64,000 bases of DNA. It comes from Blepharisma stoltei ATCC 30299. Its lineage: Eukaryota; Protista; Ciliophora. Location of the stretch: the NCBI GenBank assembly GCA_965603825.1, contig CBFDEM010000035.1, positions 434,001 to 498,000 on the forward strand. Reading direction: 5' to 3'. Positions 42,701 through 56,600 of this stretch are shown here, in pieces. Under the pieces are notes generated by a model. That model was not told where the DNA came from, made no database searches, and saw only the letters and a program-made list of their open reading frames with translations. A program made the translations under genes and the position numbers. Numbering within the stretch: position 1 is the stretch's first letter; each line of letters starts with the position of its first letter.

Positions 42701-43920
42701 TAGTTTGCGAGCCATATCACTTGAAGCTTATCTCTTCATAAAATATTTTCTGAAAAGAAAGTTTCAAAAATATAAATAATTTGGTCTTTATTTTCAGCCT
42801 TAAGAGAGCATAGTTCATATCTAAGGGATTTCTCTAAGTCATATTTATTTTTCATTTCAATTATGCTCATTGGGATACCTTTATTTATTCTTTTATGCAG
42901 CCTAATAGTATAAATAATAACCAAAATAATTATTATTGGTGACAAAAATATTGCAAATATTTTGATAATTAATATATTATCAAGTCATTCCCCTAAAATA
43001 AAAATAAAAGCTATCCAAGCTAAAATAAAAAACTTAATGAGTGCTATTGTGTTGCTATATAAGCAAAAATATGGTAGATACATTATTGATTCTAAAATCA
43101 ATAAAAATGAACTCAGCATTGCAAAAAACTGCAGATAGACAATGTAGTCTTCATCAAATATTGAGCCGAGGACTGGGAGTAAAAATGTTAAAATTCCTGC
43201 ATGGAAGTCGATTTTTGAATGAGCTTTTGCTGTAATAATATTTTTTGCTCAACTATGTCTTATTTCTCCAGAAAATTTTGAATTTAATATAATTATAATA
43301 AAGCACATCCCAATTGCTAATATACAGCACGCGTTTCAAGGAGCAGGGATTTCAAAATCAGCAGATCTAGTGATATTTTCATATTCATTAACTTCCATTT
43401 TGTGCGAAAAATTGTATTTTATAAAGATGGAAAGAAGCTGTATGGAAGGGATGCATATTAAAGTTTGCCATAAATAAATAAATTTCTCGAGTAAATAAAT
43501 TACTGTTTTTGGTATTTTTATTGCATAGCTAATTGCAAAAAATAAAGCTATAGTTATTGAAAAAATACTGAATATTCAAAAAATTGAAGTATATAAACAC
43601 GTATCAATAATTTCGAGAGCTGCACAAGCGTTGTCTAGTCTTAAGTATCCGATCATTTTTCATAATCCCAGGTCATTACTTCAATTTTTAATATTAAGAC
43701 TTTGCATTCACAGCAAGCTTGCCATTTGAAGACATCATATCGAGCATTCAACAGTGACTTGAACCTTCTGCTTTGACAATGAATTTCTAATTGATCCTTT
43801 AGAATGATTAAGCATTCAGAAAAGTTCAAAAATTGGCTTAAGAAATAATTGAATTTTCGAGGTTTGCTTAGAATTTTTACTAGCTTGAGGTCTGGTGCAA
43901 TCACTATAGATTCTAGTCAT
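39757..43920 (-). CDS. TmcB/TmcC-like PAS-domain membrane protein, paralog 8 (~1377 aa)
   Basis: ATG 43920 (MTRIYSDCTRP...IWCLQMASLLW...WKMIGYLRLDNAC, with TGA=W). Introns 41275-41289 and 40876-40890. Tandem TAA-TAG stop. Confidence 0.83.
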
Positions 43921-44275
43921 TATTTAAAAAAATATTTTTGTTGAATAAAATGATTATTATGTAAGGAAGATTCTTCCTTCATTTAAAATGGAGCAAAGCT
44001 AAAAGTATTTTTAAATAGCAGCATCTAAAAGAAAGGATAAACAAAACGAAGGTAATTTTAATTAAGTTAAGCGTTTATTTAATGAGCTATTAAAATTTTA
44101 AAAATTCGAAATAAAATAATTTTGCTAAAGCAAAGCTATCATAGCCCACAATAGAAATATGATTTTTAGGAAATAGAATCAAAAACTATATCTCTCGCAA
44201 TAAAGCTTTAATATTTTAGCTATTTAATATGCATTTACCATCTGATTAAGAAATATTTATATAATTTTTTAAAGC

Positions 44276-47200
44276 CTACCCGGGCATTAGCTTTAGCATT
44301 GAATTTATTTTCCTCAAATATTTTTTCTCTCTTCTAAAAAATGTCAAATACAGCCCCATATACATTCCAAACGATAAGCCAACAAAAAGAACCAAAAATA
44401 TGATTATTGTGCTTATTTGGTCATCTATTAAATTTTGTGAATGCTGGTTATTCTCATCAATAAATTCGTCATATTTGTCATTCATTTTTTGAAGTTGAAC
44501 TATAAACTTTAGTCAATCTTCTACGCTAGCATTTTCATAATACGCAATATAATAAGCGTCAAGCATTGCGACTTCTTCAGCTCCATAGACACCATATGTG
44601 TGCTCTTGAATATCTCCGTCTTTCTGATATTCATACAATTCTTCTGTGTAGGATTTGGAAAAAATACTTTTGCATTGCGTACTTCGTAGCGATGTAAGAG
44701 AGTGCTTTGTTAAAGAAATAATATCTCTAAGCTTAATGTTGCTATCACTAAAAGGAAGCGCAAATGGGAGCATATTTTGTAAAGAATAGTCAGTTGTGTA
44801 TAATCCTGTTTCGCTTGTCCATATACTTAGGCTTGTTATGAAAACTTGCGAATGAATTAAGGATTTGATGATTTCAGGTCTGCAATATAAATATTCTGCG
44901 CATTTTTCATAAAAAATGAAAATATTCAGCAAGCAGAATAATGAAGTAATTATAAAAAATAAGCTAGCTCTTCAAATATATTTCCAATAGTTTTTAAAAT
45001 TTAATCGCTTTTTATATCGGGTTTCTTCATGGTCAGCTAACTCAAGCTGAAAATGAACATTTGCAAGTCTTTTAAAGCATAATTTTTTCAGTTTATGATA
45101 ATGCTTGTATGCATTTTTTCTAATATTGTTTCAAAGCATATTTTCAGTTTTTATAGCAAAATAGCAAAAAGGAGTCATAATGCAAATTCCTATTGCCATT
45201 GCTGCGATCCCTATTATCAAAAGAGCAAACATTTCAGATTTTAAGCCAGATATTTCTGATTTTTTGCATCCAGTGACGTCATACAGCGAATTGTTGCAAT
45301 AATTAAAAGCTTCCCCATACCCATTTAATGCAAAAAATAAAACTGTGTTTGAATAATCTTCTGTTGTATTGAATTTTCTTACAAATTCTTTTCCCTATAT
45401 AAAGTTTACATATATAATAAATTGCGAAACAGTGTCGATTAAATTCACTTTTTCTTGATATATTAGAGGACCAATATTTCACAAATTTATATTTTTTCCT
45501 GTAAAAATACTTTGGCTGGAGCATGAGTCTCACTTAGTTAAATTTGACCCAATATTTATGTAAATATCTTCAAGGTTGGCTATATCAGATTTAAAAAGAT
45601 TAAAGCAATACAAAACGGCTTCCTCAGAGTCTGGAAAATAGGAAACAATCCCTATGATTCTCGAAAGGAAAGCCATTTGCTGAAAGGATTTTCCTATATC
45701 TCCTATTGATCTTGAAAGGCTTATGTCTCGTGCTAAATTAATGCTATAAACAGCATAAGATAAAACAGAAATATTTGAACCTAATACTATGAGAATCTAA
45801 GTAATTATTACGCATAAAATAAAAACACAATGTAAAGCATTAATTGATCTTGCCGATATTTTCATCATATGAATAAAAACAATCTGGTTTTCATTATCTG
45901 TATTTTGAGTTTTTTCTTCATATTTATCTATTAAAATATTTTCAATCATTTTTGAAGACTCATCTGATGACTGATCAGACTTAGAATCAAGGATTTCTGA
46001 GTGATTTTCATGAATTATAGAAGGGTCTTCTACTGAGAGCAGCATATTCTGAATGCTTCCTCCCCTTTGTGTTTCGATTTTATGAGAATTAGAGCAGTCA
46101 GTTGTCCATTTTTGAATTTCTCCAAAATCATTTATTAATAAAATATAAAGCATTTTCATATCAAAGCATTCTAAATTTGATAAAACCATTATTGTTTCTT
46201 TGGCAAAGTTAGGCAATTTATATGGAATAAATGGTTTTATGTCAATCTGTTTTAAATCAAAAAATAAATTGCTAATTGAAGCTCCTATCACATTATTATG
46301 GGATGCACCAGCAGCTACTGGAAAGCCTTCTGAACAGCTAAATATAACCCCATCATTTGATATTAGAGCAGACTGATATCTTGCTTGTTTTAGCTTGAAA
46401 ATCAAAATTGTTACAACAACGTTATTAATTGAGGAAAATAGCATTTTTCCGGTGCATTCTAAAAGAAAATTCATAGGTGATATTAAAAAAAATCCTTTAT
46501 GTAATGAAATTTCTGTATCAGAGCTAAAATCAATTAAATTAGACAATTTTTCAGTAATTTCTTTATTGTAAGGAAAAGGAATAAAATTCTTTATATTACT
46601 CCCAATAATAGATTCTAAAGGAAAATTCAAAATTCCTGCAGTCTTTGAGTTAGAATAAAGAATTTCGCCAAGATTTTTCTCTTCATTTGAAATTATTAAG
46701 ACTCCATTATTTGTATCAAAATAGCTAAAATTTTCAGTATTATCCGAGCTCAAATAAATTTCTTTTAATGATTTTAACTTGAAAATAAGCATTTCTGATC
46801 TCTCGATCTCAAACAAGATGTTTTTCAAGTATGAAGAGTAAAGAGACAATATTTCTTTAGATTTATGGTATTTTGATGCCAATTCTTTGTATTCATCATT
46901 GAGAAATTCAATTCTTGTATCTATAGAATTAAGTGTTTTAGTTAATTTGAAAAATCCAGGGCTTTTAGAAGTAATTTCTCTCCAAAATTCTAATAAATTC
47001 AGGCATAATTTTTTGTCTTCTTTTTTAACTTTATTTAAATTTTGATGGTAATTCCCAAAAGATATGCTTTCATTTGAATTTGCACTGATAATAGCTTTAT
47101 GACACAAGTATTGCTGATAATTTGCCTCAAGACTCCAATCTGATATACTTTTGGATTTACTCAATTTGATTTTAGCCAGAGCTTCGTTTTTTAAAGCGTA

Positions 47201-48421
47201 TATACAGTAATTCGCAGCTCATACAATCTGAAGTTTATCTCGATGCATTATTTTTTTCTTGAAAAATATTTCAAAAATACCAATGATTTCATCTTTATTT
47301 TCAACATCATTTGAACATAAAGCGCTCCTAAGATATTTTTCTAGATCAAATTTATTTTTAATATCGACAATGATTGGAGGGGTTCTTGTTTTTGATTTTT
47401 TCAAAATAAATTGAATTATACATAATATTGATATAGGCACCAAAAAAATTGCGAAAATTGTAATAAGTAAAGAATTATCTATTCAATATCCCAGGATAAA
47501 AAGAAATGATATTAAGGCCACTAAAAAGAATCTAATAATTTCTAGTGTATTAGAGTAGACTGAAAAATAAGGCGAAAATGTCAGTATTTCTCATATTAAT
47601 AATGTTGAAGCAGCTAAAATCGAAAATTGAAAATAAATAGTATAGTTATCAACTGATAGCGGATAAAGAATTGAAAAAATAAATGTAAAAATTGCTGCAT
47701 GTAATTCTACTCTTGAGTTAGATTTTGATTTTACAATATTTTTTGCAGCACAATGACGGATTTCGCCTGAAAATTCAGTTGAAAGAATTGCTATTAAAAA
47801 GCTTAGCATAATAGCAGAAATGCTCACCATTTGTCATGATGCTGTAATTTTAAAGTCAGATAAATTATCAGTATTTTCATATTCAAGCACGTGATCATGA
47901 TTAAGAAAATGGTATTTAGAAAATATGGATAATAACACTAAAGAAGGTATGTATAGCAGTGCTAGTCACAGATAAATAATTTTTTCAAAAATAGCAAATA
48001 TTATTTTTGGCACTTTAACTGAATAATAAAGCGATAGGATCAATAAAACAGCACTTGAAAAAATTGCGAAAATTCCAGCAATTAATATGTAAAAACATTT
48101 ATCAATAATTCCCAAAGCCGAGCAAGCATTATCTATCCTAAAATATCCAATAATTTTCCAGATAATCATATTATTACTTCAATCTTCAATCGAAAGATGA
48201 GGAAACCAGAGCAAAGCTATAATTTGGACGCATCAAAAAAGAACTTCAATCACCAACTTAATTTTTTGTTTCGTCAAAGAATCTTCTCCGAAAAACTTTT
48301 TATAATACATCAAGCTGTAGAACTTAAAAACAGATTTGATAATTGATTTCTTGGGTTTAAGCTCAATGTTGTTTTTCCTCAAAGTCGTTGGCTGATCAAT
48401 TTCACTATCTAGTTCAAACAT
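44276..48421 (-). CDS. TmcB/TmcC-like PAS-domain membrane protein, paralog 9 (~1371 aa)
   Basis: Co-frame fragments. Introns 45797-45811 and 45395-45409. TAG at 44276. Confidence 0.85.
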
Positions 48422-48867
48422 AATAATAATAATAACTTACACAAAAAAATTAAAAATATAATATGAGTCAACTTTCTTGGAGCGATATCGTTATGATTTA
48501 TTAGCTCTCTCAATAAAATATTTTATGAAAAATATTTGTTTAAAATAGCTAAGTATCAAAAATCTTTGTGATAGAACTTGATGTTTTGAAGATTGAGATA
48601 ATTGCTTAATTTGAGTAAATATCAGTTTTCTATTTATGGTTACCTTTTTAAATAAAAAACAAACATTCCACGCAGATTTCTTAAAATATAATAATTGAAA
48701 TATTAAAACTTATCAAATAGCTTCAATTTTAAGAGATAAATGAATAAAACTAAATAATTTTATGAAATTTTTATTTATTAAATTTTATTAATGAAATTAA
48801 TTTTATTAATAAAGCCCATCTTATTTAAAAATTTTAAATAGCAAAGGAATAAACACAACATTCTAAT

Positions 48868-51800
48868 TTAGTATTTAAAAAATCTATCAGGAATAATCCT
48901 TGACATCTCTCTCATCTTACTAAGATATTTTTTTTCTTTTATCAAAAAAGATAAAAATATTCGCAAGTAGATTATTACTGATAAAACACAAAAACATATT
49001 AATGCTGCTATAATAAAGTTTAACTGGCTCTCTATGAGATTCTGTGAGTCATGATCAGCCAGCTTAATTAAAACGTCATATTCTTCATTAAAAACACTTA
49101 ACTCTTTGGTTAGGCTATATCAGAAGTCTAGGAAGTTGGGATCATTACCATAGCCCAGATAATAAGCTTCAGAAGCTAAAACTTTTCCTGTTGCATAAAC
49201 TCCATAATTTGTGATAATATTTGAGGTTTGGCATTTTTCATAGAATAATTTATTAAATTCATCTGATAAGAGAGGTAAATATTTAGAATCTTTAATAGCT
49301 TTTTCTGATAAAGCTATAGAAGCTGAAGCATGATCAAGCTCATATCGAGGATCGCTAAAAGGATATGCTTTCGCTGTATTATTAGGTAAAGATACTGGAA
49401 ATCCTATTATAGAGATTTCACTTGATCATATTCATAGAGATTTATATAAGGCCTGACTATTTATTAAATCTCTCAGTAAATTTGGTCTCAAATGCAAATA
49501 TGTTAAGCAATCACTGTATAAATATAGGATATTCACTAAAAAGAAAGCCAAAGCTAATATCAAATATATACAAATTCTCCAGCTGAATTTCCGATAGTTC
49601 TTTAAATCGGAGTTTTTACTGATCTGATTCCCATCGCTGAACAATGTATCTACTTTGCCATGGGTGGTCATAAGTCTATCTAAGCATGCCTGCTTTAACT
49701 CTATGTAATTGATGTATGCATGCTCTTTTATTAAATTTCAAAATTTATTTTCCATATTAATAACAGCTAGAGCAAATGGAACAGTTAACCCGAGACAGAG
49801 AACTAGGGTTCCAAATCCAACTGCTAATAGGATATCCATTCGATATTTCAAATCATCTATGCCTTGTATTTCACAGTCTGTAAGGCTATATAAAGTATTA
49901 TTGCAGTAATGAAATACCTCATCTCCTCCATTTCTTACAAAATATTTTATTTCAGTTTCCAGGTTTTCATTTTTATTTACTTTCCTTATAAAATCATAAC
50001 CCTATATAAATACTACCTTACTAATAGTATATAAGACAGCATCTATTAAATTTGTCTTTGTCTTACTGATACTGCCATCATCATTATAAATACGCACTGC
50101 TTCATGCACAAAAGCATTTTCACCTAGACATTTATGGACTCCCAATAAATTTTCAGTTATATTTGTATGAATTTCTTGAAGTAGGATTAGCTGGGATTCA
50201 AAATTGTCTAGAGTATATTTAATTAATTCTTTTGAACCTCCAAGAAATGTTAATACATGTACAGACCTTGAAAAAAGTGCAATAGACTGCATAACTTTTT
50301 CAATATTTCCCAAGGTTATCTGCATATCAATATCACTTTCAGAAATAACTTTAGTTGAGGTGTATATCAAAACTATAGAATTTGTAGCCATAACAAACAG
50401 CATCTAAATAAAAATTACAGCAAAAACAAAAGAAATATGAAAAATTTTTATAGACCGTGAAGATAAATTTACAATTCTTTTCAAAGCAAAATGCTGGGAT
50501 GTATTATCTGATTTATTTGAATGTTTTTCTTCTTCAAAACTTTTCCCGCTATGTTCTTCTGCAACTTCAGTGCTGTCTACATTTCCTATATGTGTGTCCC
50601 ATGGTAATTCTTCAAGTTTTGTTTGTTTTCGTATTTTTTTTCTTTTTATTATATCACTGTTATCTGAGCTTAGCGACCGTATCAAATTTAATGAAATTTT
50701 ATTTTTTGAGGTAAATTTTATAATTTTTCCTGCCTGTTGAAATTCATCAAACTCCCCTCGTCGGCATGCTTCGATTTCTTCTGGGTCGTTTATAATCAAA
50801 ACATAATTGATATTTACACTATAAAACTCAGAATGGCAAAAAATTAAATAGGTTTCAATTTCCATATATGAAAGATGATATGGGAAAAAAGGCTTAATAT
50901 TTTCTTGCTGAAATGCAGGGAGCATGTCTTTTAGTTTATAGCCTCTTAAATTATTATTGGATTTTCCAACAAATTGTGGGAAATGCTCTGAGTGTGAATA
51001 AATTTCTCCCTCATCAGAAATCAAGGCGAACTGATGAGAACTATTTCGATTTTTAAATACCAATATAAATATTAAGTGTCCAGATATGCAAGAAAGAGAA
51101 GCCTTTCCTTTGCACTCAATAAGAGATTTGTTGGGTAATTGGAGGAAAAAGTGCTTTGGGAGTTTGATTTGTGAGTCTGATACATATTGAAGAGAAGAAT
51201 AAAAAATATCATCTGTATAGGTATTATACGGAGGAGGAATAAAAAACTGCAATTTGTTATCGATAATTCCATTGATTGGATATTTTAATATTTCTGAAGC
51301 TCTTTGATTAGCAAAAGTGATTTGGCCAAATCTTTTTTGCTCAGCTAAGCCTAGTAGAATTCCATTTCCTTCATCAAAAAAACTTAGACTTTTAGCGTCC
51401 TTTGAAGTACCACTTGCAAATTTATCGATTGATCGCATTTTGTGCTCTAGTATTGTAGATTTTTCAGTATCGCATAATATGTTTCTTGCAAATGAAGAGT
51501 AAAGGATTAGTACTTCTTTGCATTTAGGAAACATTAAATGTAGGTGCGAATATTCTTCATCTAAATACGATATAGAATCAGGTATTGATTTTAAAAGGTC
51601 ATCCAATATATTTAAATTTGGCTTTATTGAAACAATTTCTTTTCAAAAATCTAAGAGCTCCATACACAAAATTTCATCTTCTTTTTTCGCATCATGGATT
51701 TTTTGAAAATAATTTAAATATTCAATACTTTCATTTGTGTCGAACTCAGAAAGGACTTTTTTGCATAGATATTCTTGATAGTTTCCTTCTAAGCTGAAAT

Positions 51801-53093
51801 GAGAATTTTTTGATCTCTCAAGCTTTATTTTAGCTAATGCCTCGTCATTTAAGGTAAAAATGCAATAATTTGCTTCCCATATTGCTAAAAGTTTGTTTTC
51901 ATGTAATTTGCTACAATTATAGCATTTTCCTAAAAAATAGAGAATTTCTGCTTTAGCTTCGATGCTATTTGAGCAAAAAATCGGCCGTATTTTACTCTCA
52001 AGGACATATATATTTGCTAATCTCTTAGGATCAGAAGGCACATCGAAGTCTATTTCCTTTAATAAATTAATTAGAATCCTTGCAATTATAATGTTTAAAA
52101 GTGGAATTACAAGAAATAAAAATAAAGAGATAACAAAAGCGTTGTCTATAACATTCCCAAATAAAAAAGCAAATGATATCAAGCAGATAGTTGAAAATTT
52201 TAATAATTCCAAAAAATTCATAAAAAGATTAAAATAAGGCAAACTTCTTATAACATCTAAAGCCAAAACTCCAGAAATAATCATAAAAATAACTTGAAAG
52301 TACACAATATTATTTTCTGCGGTAATGAATAAATTATTGGTGCTAAAAATGAAAAAGTTGCAGAATTTATTTCTAAATTTGAATGTGCTTTTGATTTTAA
52401 TTTCATTTTTCACATAGAGTGCCTTATTTCGCTTGAGAAAACTACATTCATTATTATCATAATATAATAAATAATCAAAGTAAAAATTATTCAGATTTGT
52501 ATCTCAATGGGCACTTTTAAATCCTCTGCCGAATCTTTATCTTTATATTCTAAAGCTGCATTATCAGGGGAAAAATTATGTTTTAAACATACACAAAGTA
52601 GAGTGACTGTTGGGATTAGTAAATAATTTGACAAAATATAAAGGATTTTTTTTATTACACTGACAAAAATTTTTGGAAATTCTATAAGCTTGTGAATTAA
52701 AATCACAAATATAACAATTAAGATAGCAGTTAATCAAACTGTTGAGAGGGATATATAAATGCAAAAATTAATAATTCCTGTTGAGAAGCATGCATTATCC
52801 AGTCTTAAATACCCAAAAAATTCTCAGATTGTTTTATTATCATCCCATTTGCCAATTGGAAGATGAGGAATTCATAGTAAGCTTGAAATTTGAATGCATC
52901 AAATTGTAGTTAAAAAAATTTTGTGTATTTTTTGTGTGATTATTGAGATTTCTTCAGGTTCCTCTTGGTAATAAGCAAGTCGATAAAATTCGAATATAGA
53001 TTTGATTAAGCAGGATTCTTGCTTATAATTTTTAACAAATTCTAAGCCTATGTCATTTTCGTTTGCAAAGCTATTCAATGCAAAATTTGACAT
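48868..53093 (-). pseudogene. Paralog 10: full length but with a 1-nt deletion frameshift near 52322 (recent pseudogene or assembly error)
   Basis: Reads ...KAHSNLEINSATFSFLAPIIYSL, then only two bases (cc), then AENNIVYFQ in another frame. Introns 50404-50418 and 50002-50016. TAA at 48868. Confidence 0.7.
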
Positions 53094-53650
53094 AATTTAT
53101 AATATCATGACCATCAGATTTTAAATTTTCATGTTGTCTATTTGATTTAATTTAAAAAAATCGAATAGATAAGTTGCTAAATAAATAAGTCGATTTTTTT
53201 TATAAAACTATAGAGTGCTAAGATTTAATTTATTGCGAATTAATAGAATTTTAACTTAAACACAGAAAAATAAGTATTTATATATAAAAATTATTTATAT
53301 TAAATATAATTAACAGGGATAATTTGTGGCACTTGCATTATTTTCTCACAATATTTTTTTCGTTATTCAAAAATCATAAAAATAGCACCAAATAGATGAC
53401 AACTAATCCCACACAAAAACTAGAAAATGCATAAACTATTAACTGCAAACGATTTAATATTGATTATTTATTGTTTTTGACAGCATTAAATAATTCCCCT
53501 TTATCCTTGCTTTACACCAGTTAACAACTATTTATATATAATGAAATCAAGAGAAAATTAGCAAGCAATTTATAAAAATTGGTATAAAGATATTTTAAAA
53601 AGCCTTACATTCCACTATCACTATTTTTCACTAAAAAGAAAAATTTATAT

Positions 53651-56600
53651 TTACCGAATATATTTATTAGGAATTAACTTTGTAATTGATTGCATTCTTT
53701 CAAGATTCTTTTTTTCTCGACTAAAAAATGGTAAATAGCATCCTAAATATATTGCCAATGAGCTTGCCACAAATAACACTAGTGATGCAATAATTAAATC
53801 CAACTGAAAATTAATCTCATTTTTTGATTCAGTATCTACTAAATCAATTAGTAAATCAAGCTGATTATCAATATTATTTAATTCTATCATAAGATATTCC
53901 CATACAACCAGAAAATCATATCGATGCGAGTAGTCCATATAAGAGCCTTCAATTGCGAGTAGTTTTCCTGCGGAATAAGTCCCATACTCTAAGAAATTGC
54001 TTATATTTTCAGTTTTTTCATAGAATATTTTCATAAACTCATCATTGAGCAAAATTGAATATTTTTTATCCCTCAGTTTTTTTTCTGAGTAACTGAGATA
54101 TTTTCATACCTCATGAAACTTCGCCTCAGTAGTCATAAAAGGGTTAGAATTTGCCAATAAAGTAGTAAGGGACTGTGGAACGCCGACAACTGTCAGTTCA
54201 CTAGATCAAACCATTAAGTTTTTATATAAAACTTGCGTATTTATTAAATTTACTAATAAATTTGGTCTCAAATATAGTAACAGTGCGCAATGCTTATATA
54301 GATACAAACTGTTAAACAAAACAAATAGCAGTGCTATCAGCAAATAGACTGAAATCCTTCACACATATTTTCAGTAGTTTTTCAAGTTTGCTTCTTTACT
54401 CTTTTTTCCTTCATCAGACACATTATAATCTCTTTCATGTATATTTATAAGCCTATCTAAGCATGCCTGCTTCAGTTTTCCATAATTTATATAAGCATTC
54501 TTTTTTATTAAATTCCAAAAATTATTTTCCATTTTGATAGCTGACAAACAAAACGGTATAATGATAATAAAACAAAGGAGAAGGATCCCAAATCCTACAG
54601 ATAAAAGAATATTCATTTGCAACTCCAGGGTGTTTATTTCTTCGATTACACAGTCATTTAGTTCAAATAAAGTATCATTGCAATATCGAAATGCTTGCCA
54701 ATAGCCGTTTAAGCTGAAAAATCTCAATTCATCAGAGTTATCTTCTTTTTTAATTTGTTTTGCTATAAAATCATTGCCATTTTTTATAAAATCTGCTATT
54801 ATATTGATAAGATTTGTTTTTTCCAAATGAATTCCTCCAGTTGTGCTTCATATCACTGCTTTTTCATCAGTAAAAATAGTCATTGAGCATGATTTTCAAT
54901 TTAATAAAGTCGAAACTATATTCTGATATAATTCTTCCAAGTTTTTAGCTTGGGTATAATAATTTTCATAAGAAAAAGCTAATATTTCAGGTGGGCCATT
55001 TAAAGACTCAATAACTGAAACAGCTCTAGCATAAAATGTATATGCATGAAATACTTCTTGTAGTTTCCCTAGCGTGATAGGCACATCAATATTGCTTTCG
55101 CTTTTAACTTTTGATGATATATAAAAGACTACTATTAGATTTGTAACTATTGCTGTTACCATCTAAATAAAAATTACAGAAAGCACAAGCATTATATGAA
55201 AAATTTTTAATGCTCTGGTGGATAATTTTACAATATGATTTAGTGTATATGTTTGTGAAAGAGACTCAGATTTTACTGAAGATCTTAATGAGGATTTTTC
55301 ATTTTCTATTATCCCTCCGCTTAATAATACGTCAAAACTGCTATCAAAATGCGAAGTATCTGTTCTAAAAGCGGTTTCTTTGGAATGCAATTTTTGTGAA
55401 AAATTGAGTGTTTCTTCGCTTTGAAAATTTTTGCTGCCATTAACAGTTAAGTGCCGCTTTAAATGTAAAGCACTGTGGACTTTTTTTATGATACCAGGCT
55501 CTGGAGACTGGAAATCTCCAAAATGTCCATGTTTTCAAGATGAAATTTCATCGGGATCGTTAACAAGTATTATATATGGAATTTTTATATTGTAAAACTC
55601 TATGACACAATAAGCTAAATATGTTTCTATCGTAATTGATGGAACTGGATAAAGCTTTCAAGGCTGCAAATTTGTATCATGCAAATTAGGAAATAACTGA
55701 GAAATATTGTAATATTGTAAATTTTTCGATTTTTGGGCTGCAAATTTAGCGAATTTCTTAGAGTGTGCATAAATATCGCCATTGCTTGAGATAATTGCGA
55801 ATTGCCTCTTGGTGATTTTTTCACGAAAAATAAGTACGAACCACAGTTTGCTAGAAAAGCAAGCTATTGACATTTTTCCAGTACACTCTATAATATGATC
55901 ATCAGGCAAGGCAAAGAAAAAACTATCAGGCAGCTTCAAATTAGCATCATCTACAAGCTGCAGCAAGTTATAAAGACCTTTATTAAATAATTCACTATAT
56001 GGATAAGGTATTATAGAAGAAATATTATTCTCTATAATATCATCAATCGGGCATTTCAAAATTTCACAAGCTCTCCCATTCGCAAAACTTATTTTTCCAA
56101 AATTTTCTATTTCTGCTGAAGCTAAAATTATTCCACTATCGTCATCAAAATAATTAAAGCTTTTGCTATCTTTTGAGGAGCTTGTAGTAATTTTATCAAT
56201 AGATTTTATTTTGTACTCTAAAATCGCTGATTTTTCGTTATCATATAAAATATCTCTGGCGAAAGTAGAATAAAAAACAAGGGGCTCTTTGCATTTTGGG
56301 AAGAGAGAGCTTAAATGTGTGTACTCTTTGTCTAAGTTTTTAATAGACTCAGAAATCATCTTTGCATGCTTGTTCAGTATATTTATATTAGGATTGATAG
56401 AAACTAGCTCTTTTCAGAAGTCTAGAAGCTTGGTGCAGATAATTTCGTCTTCAAGCTTGGAGTCGTGAATTTTTTGAAAATAATCAAGATATTCAGCGCT
56501 TTCATTTGAGTGGAATTCAGATAGAGTTTTTTTGCATATATATTCTTGATAGTTTCCTTCTAAGCTAAATATTGAATCTGCAATTTTGCTAAACTTGATT

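Noticed and set aside
52300-52340. Euplotes-type programmed frameshift in paralog 10
   Set aside because: No AAA-TAR motif at the site, the shift direction is wrong, and no other paralog has it.
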